Positions 12,143 through 23,097 of a stretch of 64,000 nucleotides of DNA are shown piece after piece (positions within the stretch are counted from its first letter, which is position 1; each line of letters starts with the position of its first letter). This DNA comes from Asterias rubens (Eukaryota): positions 1,550,001-1,614,000 of the forward strand of contig NC_047062.1 of NCBI RefSeq assembly GCF_902459465.1, read 5' to 3'. The notes under the pieces are model-generated. The model was not told where the DNA came from. It ran no database searches and saw nothing but the letters and a program-made list of their open reading frames with translations. A program made the translations under genes and the position numbers.

Positions 12143-12192
12143 AATAAAGACCGTTTTCTTAAATTTTCTGAATTTTGTGTTGTTTTTTTGTC
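12143..12192 (+). terminator. Candidate CPSF2 polyadenylation signal (AATAAA plus a downstream GU/U-rich element)
   Basis: First AATAAA found by eye after the CPSF2 stop (12143-12148), followed by ttttgtgttgtttttttgtc about 25-45 nt downstream. An ATTAAA also lies at about 12116. Confidence 0.45.
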
Positions 12193-13862
12193 TTATAAAA
12201 TGGACATGGCATTCAGGGCTGTGAAATGAAGGAAACTGGTGGCGACTTGCCCTTGCCCTAGGAGTTATTCCATGGTGAAATGTCATTTCAAGTCATTTGT
12301 AAATTCTCAAGTCATTCTTGCCCAAGTCAAGTCTCCATACATTTTCCCTCGAGTCAAGTCACAAGTAATTTTTCCCCAAATCAAGTTGCAAGTTGGGGAA
12401 ATTGGCGAGTCCAGTCCAAGTCAGGGACTCGAGTCAACAACACTATGAGAAAGACCCTGCTATGGTCGAAATTCAGGCCAATAACTATTTTTTGCATTTA
12501 TACTATAGCTTTTTAGGGGTTAGTTAGCAGTTTGTAACAGCTAAAACATAATTTTGATGAGAGAACTGTCGGACCAACGAAGAAAGAAATGAGAAAAGTG
12601 AAAAAACGGGGTCAAAAGTCAACCTGCTATTATTTGGTATGTAAAATACTTCATGAAATATTTATTGGGTAAAACTCTACTTAAAATCTAGGTACCATTA
12701 AATGTAACTTGCAAAGAAACCTAAACCAACCATTACTTTAAGACCACAACATTTTCTTCCTCTGTGGTTATTTCTAAGCCTTTTATTAAACCTGAGTTTA
12801 TATCTTTCAAAGTGAAAGATAAAATTGTGTCATAACATAGTAAGAATACAGTATTAAGTAAAGTAGACCGAGGATACAAAAATAACTATGCTACTGGCTT
12901 CAATTACTTCTTCAAAAGTTAGATTTTGAAAAACGTTTAAATATGTAAAAAATAAATTTACACAATGGCAGTTCAAAGGCAATTGATTATTTATTGATTT
13001 ATTACTAAAATACCAAAAACAATCCACAAATCAAAGTGCAAATTGTAGCTTGAGGATTGAATTGATGATTTTACAATACCCCATCGCCCGAGTGTTATTT
13101 ATAAGGCACTGTACACACTTGGTAATTACTCAAAATATGCATAAAAACTTACTTGGTAACAGCAACGAAGAGCTGTTGATAGTATAAAACACTGTGAGAG
13201 GCAACTCCCTCTGAGGGAACGTAGTTTTTGAAAAAGAAGTATTTTCTCACTTAAATATTAAACGACTTGAGCCAAAGCCTTTTATTTCAAATTTGTACAA
13301 CAAGGATGTTTTTGTTCATAATTTTCTTGCAACTTCAATGAACAATTGAGCCCAAATTTTCACAGGTGGGATTTTGTATGCATGTGGTGGGACACATTTA
13401 GTGAGATGCTGGTCCTTGACAACAACCAATAAACAAAGCTCATTGGAGGCCAAATGCGCTGCAATGTCTAGTCACACATACTCTATGTTTAATTATAACA
13501 GATCTACGTATTTTTGATACTCCGAAGTTAACTGAATTAAAACAATTATTTTGATCAGTCTGGTACAGACAAAACTGCCTGCATCATGGGCAGTACTCTG
13601 TCATTTAGTACTCTGCGCTAAAAGTACATCAAAACCAAGTACCAAACAGAAAAACTCTCAAAACTTAATCATGATTTGAATACATGAAAACTTAACAAAT
13701 TCATTGTTAAAAAGTTCTCTCGAACAAATACAAACAATTGTAATAATGTCCTCACGTTTTGAACCTTTGAGGAAATATTCCCATGTGTCAAAACAGGAGT
13801 CCATCAACACTTCTTTTTGCATTTATCCATTTATTATATTTTCCTCCACCAGGCAGTGTTAT

Positions 13863-14693
13863 TTAGTAAACTGCCCCTGTTATTTCAACCAAGGTAGCCC
13901 AAAGTTTATTCTGCTTTTCTCTGTCGTATGCAATCGCCGAGGTTTCTGTGTCCTTGTCATCTACGAAATACTTCCCCGTCACCTTGTCTAAGACAGGGTC
14001 AGTAGCGGCTCTGAATACGAAGTTTGCCTCCTCGATTGGGATTCCAATTGGCCCCCATGCTTTAATGAGCATGTTGGTGTTGACTGTGCCTGGGTCCAAG
14101 CAGTTAACGGTGATGTCATCAGCTTTAAGATCTCTCGCCATCTTGTAGGTGAACATGATGTCGCACAGTTTCGACAATCCGTAGGCCCCTCGGCCATCGG
14201 CGTAATTTGATTTAGAGTTCAGGTCATCCAAACCGCCTTTCGGACAATTATGATGGGAGATGGAGCTGACATGGACGATGCGACTTGATTGTCCCTTCTT
14301 TAGAAGGTCCATCAAGAGTGAGGTCAAGAGGAACGGGGCGAGGACATTTACCGCAAAGGTCATCTCATATCCATCCTTAGACTCTTGCCGTGTGGTCAGG
14401 TAAACACCAGCGTTATTCACAAGGACATCCAAGCTGCTGTGCTTTTTGTGGATCTCCTCCGACAGACTCCGAACCTGGTCGAAGGAGCCCAGGTCCGCAA
14501 TGTATGACTCTAGACACTTGTTTCCCGTCTTCTGTTCGATTTCTTCAATGGCTTTGCGAAGTTTCTCCGTACTGCGACCATGCATGAGAACCATTGCTCC
14601 GGTCTGGGCCAGTCTGAAAGCTGTATGCTTGCCAATGCCATCCGTGGCACCAGTAACCAGAAACTTGCGACCAATCATTGATGCTTCTGACAT
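13863..14693 (-). CDS. Classical short-chain dehydrogenase/reductase (retinol dehydrogenase/WWOX-like SDR), 276 aa, single coding exon
   Basis: Uninterrupted ORF with TGATDGIG (TGxxxGxG), NNAG, catalytic YGLSK (YxxxK) and PGTVNT motifs. A polypyrimidine tract and AG acceptor lie 7 nt upstream of the ATG (ttcccctgaag|taaaaccATG), implying a 5'-UTR intron. Confidence 0.95.
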   Translation of the reverse strand: MSEASMIGRKFLVTGATDGIGKHTAFRLAQTGAMVLMHGRSTEKLRKAIEEIEQKTGNKCLESYIADLGSFDQVRSLSEEIHKKHSSLDVLVNNAGVYLTTRQESKDGYEMTFAVNVLAPFLLTSLLMDLLKKGQSSRIVHVSSISHHNCPKGGLDDLNSKSNYADGRGAYGLSKLCDIMFTYKMARDLKADDITVNCLDPGTVNTNMLIKAWGPIGIPIEEANFVFRAATDPVLDKVTGKYFVDDKDTETSAIAYDREKQNKLWATLVEITGAVY

Positions 14694-15203
14694 GGTTTTA
14701 CTTCAGGGGAAAGAAAGAAAAAAAGGGGGAAAAGACAAATATAAAATAAGAAAATCAGTTCATCAAGCCTTCGGACTTCAATTTTCCTCTTGTAAGGGGA
14801 ACTTCTATGAGCAGTGGAATTTAAGTGTTAAAATGTATTTTTATTTTGTAGATTTGCAAAGGGCACCAAAGCATAGCATAGGGCACCACATCAATTGCTG
14901 TGGGTGCCAAGTGTAGTTTTGAGGCCTGGAGTGGTTAATTTTTTAAGAGAGGGATACTTGAGATAGCAAAGGTGTCGAATCTGACTGCTATTTTTCTCTC
15001 ATTATGGCAACAAATATTATCTGATCACCTAAAAGATAAATTATGCTGAATTAAGTGAAAAATTGCGACGGTTAGATAAGGCCTTCTCATTGCCTTTATC
15101 CACAATTATACTTTGACATTTTATTCACAGATTAAACAGTTGGAACTTAAACATAATTACTTTAATCTTATGGAGCTTTTGATTATTCCCTATCTCTCAA
15201 TGA

Positions 15204-15241
15204 ATAATTAATTAATTAATTAATTAATTAATTAATTAATC
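15204..15241. repeat. (TTAA)n microsatellite
   Basis: About 9 contiguous TTAA/AATT units. Confidence 0.9.
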
Positions 15242-15335
15242 ATTTGTTTGATAGCCTTAACACCAATCATATCAGGATGATATAGCCAGATACGAAAACT
15301 GAAAACCCTGTGGGAAAAACTGAGGATGTATGCTG

Positions 15336-15562
15336 ACCATGCTCTAGACTTGATTCAAGTCCCATTCTCGTGTGAGAGGTTCCTAAGCATATACCCCAAC
15401 TTACTATAAAACAACACGTAGCATACACAGTATACAGTGTGCGCGCTCCCCGTCAAAATGAGCACGCGGAACAGGTTTTGGAATGCAGAGCATCACAAAA
15501 CTATAGTTTCCTGGGGATGGCACGGGAGTGGGACTTGGGACTTGAGTCAAGTCTAACCATGC
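15336..15562. mobile_element. Small MITE-like inverted-repeat element
   Basis: catgctctagacttgattcaagtccc ... gggacttgagtcaagtctaaccatg. Confidence 0.55.
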
Positions 15563-16479
15563 CCCCAAGCTTGCCATCTCATGCAACCCTGATGATTGGA
15601 ATCACTTCAAAATAAAAGTAACCTGAATAGCAATATTGTGTAATTATTGTTCCGATAGTGAAAACAAACATGATTGTGCACAAAGGGTAGGCCTATTGCC
15701 AAAACTTGTGGAACATAAATAAAGGGGAGAAGGTGGGTTGAAAAGTTCAACCAAAAGCTGTGAACTCTCACTCAGCCACTCATTTGTAAGAACAATCCTG
15801 ATTGGTCAATCCAACACAAACTTAAAAAAGCCTTCTACTGAAACTCTCATTGGTTGTCCTGAATACTTCATTTCCATATATGCAAATAGCTTAACACCTG
15901 TCACAAACTGTTTATAAACTAGACTGGAAAACCAGTCTTTCCGTGAATCACGACAACTAACCCAAGTACAAACTGCAAGCAGCACGAGTAAATACATTTT
16001 TGATCGTTTACTCCTTGCTCCTACTCGTTGTAATTTCTTTACTCTGTACTATATTTATCGATGACTTACGATATGAGCATGATCCCATGCATGGTCATGA
16101 TGGTGGGACTATTAGATCCATGGTGAACCATTCTTACATCACAAAATACACACCACTAACAAACACTTACTCTGAACTTAGTTGTGTACGATCAGGAATC
16201 CCAGCAATGGCAAAGTAGAATTGGCATAAAAGTTGAATGAATTTCCAGAGATAGATTCAGAAGACCACAATCGCTACTGTAATTCCCTTGCAGCGAACCA
16301 AGAGTGATAATGCATGGAGTGATTGTACAGCAAGCGTTTTGGGGTTGACCTTATGGGATTGCTTTTTCGTTCAACCATTCAACCATTGCAACCTTCGGCC
16401 CTGTACTGTTTACACTATCTCAATCCTGCGGCACCTGCTCGACATTATGACATGTAACTTGTAAATGTGCAACAAGCAT

Positions 16480-17500
16480 GGAGGAATAAATAAACTAACA
16501 CCGGACACGCCGGAATTCAGGGGCGGTTGGGCGCCCGATTCGATCCGGGAGGAAGTAGTCGGGAATGTTCTATGAGTCACAAAATATTACGGCGGTGCAG
16601 GTGTAGCTATAGCTATAGGTAGGCCAATGATGTGGGCCCAGTTTCATAGAGCTGCTAAGCAAACAAATTTGCTAAGCATGAAATTTCTGTCTTGATAAAA
16701 ACAAGATTACCATCAAAATGTCCACGTGATTTTTAGGATAAGCAAACAATAGCTAAATAACCAGTATGGTAACAAGCAATATGCAACAAATGGAAATTTG
16801 GTTGGTAATCCTGTTTTTATCAAGGAAGAAATTTCATGCTTAGCAAATTTGTGTAGCAGCGCTATGAAATTGGGCCAAGGTTATAAAACAGTGTTAAGAA
16901 TGCTGAAAACTAGAGAAGTGTTAACAAGTTTTGATGGCTTTTGAGATTTTCGTCCCCACCGCCCTCGCCCAAGCCCGCCCCGTGGAACGGCTTATTCTGC
17001 GGTTCAATTTTCCCCTATCAACTAATGTAGGCCTAGTTTCCGAAAAAAGAACAAAGAAACCACTCGAAATTGAGACCCAGTAACTGGGGCGCTGCCTGTA
17101 CTCCCTTCTTTTGAAATGTGTCCTTGTCGGTTGTATCGGTCGTAGTATAATGACAATTTGAAAAAAAGGAGTACAGCGCCAAAAAAACATCAGGAAAATG
17201 TTAGTGTGGATGGCAATTTCATTGCAGAAGAACAAAAATTGATGGCAATTCCATTGCAGAAGAACAAAAATTGACCCTCTATTTTTTGTTCTTCTGCAAT
17301 GAAATTGCCATCCACACTAACTCGTTTCCTGATGTTTTTTTTATTCGATTGAGAAAACAAAAATCCACAGTGGCAATTTTGATGTATGTACAGACGGACA
17401 AAAAATTGCACGTAAACGATCTTCTTCACCCTGTGTGTTCGTAGCAGCAGTTTGGCGCCCGATGTAGTGCAAACCGCGTGACGTCCCATGTGTTATATAA
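16480..17500. promoter_or_regulatory. Candidate divergent promoter region between the SDR (-) and KCTD3 (+)
   Basis: Locally CpG/GC-rich patches with GC boxes (GGGCGG at about 16521, CCGCCC at about 16959-16980), ETS-like GGAAGT (about 16552), TTTGGCGC and TGACGT (about 17451-17485). The TSSs cannot be determined from sequence alone. Confidence 0.4.
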
Positions 17501-18327
17501 TAAAGTGGTATGGGATGAGAGCATGGAGCAAATATTGCTCCATGATGAGAGTCATCAAAGAGGACTCTAGTTTTAGTCTCCCTTGAAACTCTACCTGCTG
17601 CACTTTAGATAGACCATCCTCGAAAATGTTCCTGGATTATTATCACTACTGACCAGGAAGTATTGAGCTACAATGCAAGTCATGATCCTATTTAGCCATC
17701 ATTAGGGGTGTTGCAGGAAAAACTTAAATTGTATTCCACCACAAACTACGTGTTTTAATAGGTCACATACAGGCCCTATAATTTGATAAAAGAAGCCGAC
17801 TGTCTGAATTGTTAACAGAAAAAATATATAGTGATTTTAATTTAACACATCTATGATCATGAGTACGAAATGGTGTAAGCAGCGGCATCAATTACACTGC
17901 CGCCGCGCACTTACAATCCATGTTTTATTCCCCTCCACTCCAAGCACCTGTTTTCATTGAGTCTGACAGGCCTACATGCACCATTTAGGTCTTTGAGTCT
18001 GAGCTTTCTGTTTGTTTGTGTGTGTGTTTGTTTGTTTGTTTATTTGCTTGTTTTGTGTTGTCTGCATTTCTCCCACCAAATCAATGGGCGTTTCTGTTGC
18101 CGCCCCATATACCCCACTGCAGTAGCTCATGGTCCAAAAATAGAAATGTTGACAATAGTTTGGTGCCATTATTCTTGTATGGTATCCAGACTCACAATTT
18201 TTACTATACATATTCAATACAATTTTCTACATTTATTTATGCACGATACAACGTAGCTGGATGTACACAACTGGCCATGATGGTATTAAACTCGACAAGA
18301 TTGCGAAGAAAACAACGGTAAAACACC

Positions 18328-21300
18328 ATGCATACATTATTTGGATCACCTGGATTTTCTGGAGAGATTATTAAGCTGAATGTTGGAGGAGCAAAGTATG
18401 TGTAAATTATTTAACTGAAATTTTAATAATAATTTTTGTAAATAGTAAAATACACAGACTCGGACGGAGACTGTGTCCCACCGTGACCATGGAGGAAGGA
18501 AAATTCCTTCCTCCATGGTCCCACAGTGTGCAGTGTGTGACTGTCATCAACAAATTCGAAGTTGTGATAACCATAACCCTCCACACATCCTCCCGACTGT
18601 CGACCGACCGTAGGGAGGGGGGGGGGGGGGGGGGAGACGATTGTCGCAACTATTTATATTATTAAAGTAGTACAAAACTAACTTACCCTATACTAGTATT
18701 GTAGTAATACTACACTAGCAATAATACAATACAATGCGTTAAACCACAATTTGACAATCCTTTTTCCAGGGAATGTGTTTCTAATTTTCTGTAGTGTTAT
18801 TTTGTTAGTAATACAAAACATTGATTGGCCTTTTTTTTGGGGGGGGGGGGGGGCATGTGAAACGTACGCTGTTACGTTTCGGATAAGTCAATCAACACGG
18901 AATAAAATGGTCAAACTTTTTTTACTTTTGGTCTGCTTGTTTGAAAATTGTTATCCCCCAAATTTAGATACATGCTTGACTGTTTATTAAACCATTTCCT
19001 AGAGTTTCAATTGGAATATAATGCCATTTTTATAAATAACCATAATTTGACTCTAAAATCATGCCTTCTTTCCACAATTTCGCATACATGTCGCACAAAA
19101 CAGTTCTCTTAGTCTTACTCCATTTAAAAAAATAAAAAAAAAACTGAATCGAGTGTCAATTCCTGAGGTTTCAGGGTACATTCTCTGAATAGTGAATTGA
19201 AATTTTCAAGTATTGATGTAGATTCAGCAGAGCTTTTTTTTATAGTGGAATTCTTTGGGACTTGATTTGAACGTGACCGATTCATTGACTTCTAAAGAAA
19301 ACCCAAGTGACCTGACCTCAAATTGGTGGATAAGTTTGGAGAATAAACAATAAAAAAATTATTTCTTTTCAGGTTTTCAACATCCAAGCAGACATTGACA
19401 TGCGTTCCAGACTCCTTCTTCTCCAGGTTAGTTGAAACTTGGGAGATTTTTCTTCATTTCGTATCTTCAAAGCACCAAATTGTCGTTTTCATTTGTCTAT
19501 GCAGTGTTTTGCATTGATGGTGTGGTTCGTGAGGTCTGTGGATCTGATGGTTGGCATAGTAATCAGCATTTAATGCGATCCATGGTGTGCTTCTCTGCAC
19601 CCACATTATGATAGGGCCGTTTTTGGTAATCCTGTTCCGTACCAACTTTAGAATTGTCCCAACTGTAGTTGACCAGTACCAAATGGAGTATAACAGTTGG
19701 GACGGCCCAACTATTGAACCAACTATTGAGGTCATATAGAGTAATCTTGGTTGCACCATACTGGTGGACAATGTCACTCTGTGCGCTATTCAGTGAAGTG
19801 CGTATTTTAGGCGACGCAGCGTTTACACGTAAACCTATTGACAACCAAAATGGTGAGCGAGGCACAGTCGCCGCGTGTGGGACCCAGAGACCTCCTTTTC
19901 CTTGTTTTGATGCAGAAAATTTGGACACACTAGTTGTACATCCTGGGTATTCACTGTACCCAAAAGACATTAAAGTTACAACCTCCCCACACACAAAAAA
20001 TAAACAAAACAATAACAACAACATCAACAACTCTATCTCTTCAATATCAAGGAAGCCTAATAAAAGTTCAATAACTGTTCATTGTTTTCAAGACGTATTG
20101 AAATATAACAATTTTCTCTTTTATTTCCAGCTTGATGAGCGGTCGTATTCCATCAGTCAAGGATGAAGAAGGAGCAGTAAGTGATTTAATAGTATCTCTC
20201 AGTAGGATTGGAAACTTCAAGGATAAAAATTTATGGGAAAATAAGACCCTGGAGCTTATTTTTTTTACTCAACATTTTTACTGGTCTTTTGTACAAGACC
20301 AGAATCTAAATAACAGATAAATTAGTGAGGTTTAGGTTATATGTAAAATTCTAGCCTTGAATTGCTTGATTCCTTTCTTTTCTCTAGTGGCACAGAAAGC
20401 TGAACAATACTATACAGGGCAGTTTCCTCTTTTCTAGAGTTTCATTTCTGGATGTTTATGAAACAACAAAAGTATTGAGTGAAAGGAAACCTTTTGGAGT
20501 CATAATATTAGTGTTTTTAGATCAAATTTTGGTAAAAGATTATCTTTCGTTCCTCGTAGATTTTCATTGACCGTGATCCGACAGTCTTTGCTCCGATCCT
20601 AAATTACTTACGTACCAAAGAGCTGAATCTCAAAGGAGTTGATGTACAGACGTTACGTCATGAAGCAGAGTTCTATGGCATTTCACCGTTGGGTAAGTCT
20701 GACTTCTATGTTAAAGGGACATGTTGTATTGGAGTGGACGATATGGGCTATAAAAAGCGTTTGTTATGAAATTAGTATGGCTGGAAACTGTTTTTACTCC
20801 ATAAAATGGCAGACCGTTCTTTTTATAGCCTACATTGCCCAATCCAAGGTAACAGATTCCTTTAACCCTGAGAGACCATTCATGTAGGTTTCCACAATCC
20901 AAAAGTGTATTGTCATCTCAAAGCCTTGCTCTGTGCTCCAAGAAATATTTAACCGATGCTGGTAAATTTCTCTTCTCTTGACAGTTAAGAAGTTGACGTT
21001 ATGTGAGGATCTTGAGAGATCGTCTTGTGGTAATGTGCTCTTCCACGGATACCTCCCTCCACCATGTAAGTATCAATACAGAAATAAAGAGCAGGAAACA
21101 GACCGTAATGCAAATTGTGCATTAAAGAAATGATAATCATTGCTGGTAAAAATGGTGGACTTGATATTGAGTGACGTCAAGTGGGAACTATAGATCTACT
21201 AACATTGATAAGTGGTTTGCATACATTCACCGTAATAAAAAATACAAAATTGTATATTTGGTGTAACAAAGAAGACAGTTATACTTGCCAAGGTATAAAC

Positions 21301-23028
21301 CAACTTGGGGACTTTGACAAAGTTACAGCCAGTAAATCAATGTCCTACATTTCCTCATTAGCGTTTCCACCCAGGCTGGAGCGCAACGAGCATCGTCACA
21401 GTTTGTCAGTGGATGCTGAGACAAGACCTAGACCGACGCTGGCGAGAGGAGCATCGTTAAGAGAGTCAACTCAAAGACCAGTGTCTGCAATAGAACCAAG
21501 ATCAGTCAGAACTGACTTAGACATTCCTATGGGTGAGTCCAGAATTTCTCATATTTGTATTGTGTTACTCATGTTACATTGCCCCTGTTAAGCGAATGCG
21601 AATGTGATACGATTGTTGACCTCACAAATTCGCAACGAATAATTTCGCAGCAGTTGAGTTGTGCTCAACTCTCCTGCGTCAAATTCACGTCAAATTCGCA
21701 TCGCATTCGCAGGAAGTATGAACTGGGCTTTAGTGTGTCGTAGCCTAGTAGTTTAGAGTATTGAATTCAAGTTCTGGTTGTTAAGTCATCGGGATGTTGG
21801 TTCGAATCTCGATCATGACACTTGTGTCCCTTGCGTAAGACACTTCACTATAATTTGTTCTCTTCATACGGGGGTATAAATGGGAACCTGGGAGGGTAAA
21901 GGTTGATATTGTGTATCGAAAAGCCACTGGGGCACCAATCAGCTCAGGGCTGTGTACTCCCCCCTGGGATCTGAGAAAGATTTCAGGAATGTTATTGGCC
22001 TAATGACCAGGGCCTAATGTTAAGTGCATTGATACAGTTTTTGTAAATTGCGCTAAAAAGAACTGGTTTATTATTATTATTATTATTATTTCATTTTATC
22101 ACAGCATGCAAATGAAAGATCTCATTTTCCTTTGTGCCGGTAACTCCTCGAGCGGGGCTACGTCCCGTAGCCTTAGATCTCAAGGGTCTTTTTCAGGATC
22201 CTCGCTGTTCCCAAAAGCGCTGCCTTCTGTAACAGATCTACCCTCACATTTGTCCCTATTTCATCTAGATGTTTCCCCAGTGCTTTGGGAATGGTGCCAA
22301 GTGCTCCAACCACCACGGGGACTACTTTTACCTTTACCTGCCAAATCTTACGAAGTTCCCTGGCCAGGTCCTGGTACTTCTTGATCTTTTCCATCTCCTT
22401 CGAAGCTACCCTTATATTATTATTATTAATATTATTTCATTTTATCACAGCATGCAAAAGAAAGATCTCATTTTCCTTTGTGCCGGTAACTCCTCGAGCC
22501 GGGCTACGTCCCGTAGCCTTAGATCTCAAGGGTCTTTCTCAGGATCCTCGCTGTTCCCAAAAGCGCTGCCTTCTGTAATAGATCTACCCTCACATTTGTC
22601 CCTATTTCATCTAGATGTTTCCCCAGTGCTTTGGGAATGGTGCCAAGTGCTCCAACCACCACGGGGACTACTTTTACCTTTACCTGCCAAATCTTACGAA
22701 GTTCCCTGGCCAGGTCCTGGTACTTCTCGATCTTTTCCATCTCCTTCGAAGCTACCCTTATATCACCTGGCACCGCTATGTCAATGAGATGACACATCTT
22801 CTTCGTCTTATCTAATAGCACAACATCCGGACGCCTATGTTGTATAACATGATCGGTCTGAATGTTAAAGTCCCATAGGATCTTGACCTGGTCGTTCTCT
22901 ACAACTTTCTCCGGAACATGGTCGTACCATTTCGCAAGTACTTTGACACCATACTTCTTACACAGATCCCAGTGAATCACCTTGGCCAGCTTGTCATGTC
23001 TTCCTTTGTACTCCGTTAATATTATTAA

Positions 23029-23097
<69 letters not shown>

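Noticed and set aside
16000-16218. 72-aa ORF with a hydrophobic N-terminus
   Set aside because: TTG start, no recognisable homology or splice context, in AT-rich non-coding DNA.
19454-20166. Overlapping 107-165 aa ORFs in a KCTD3 intron
   Set aside because: No recognisable domains, low-complexity (AAC)n content, and no splice sites compatible with the gene model.
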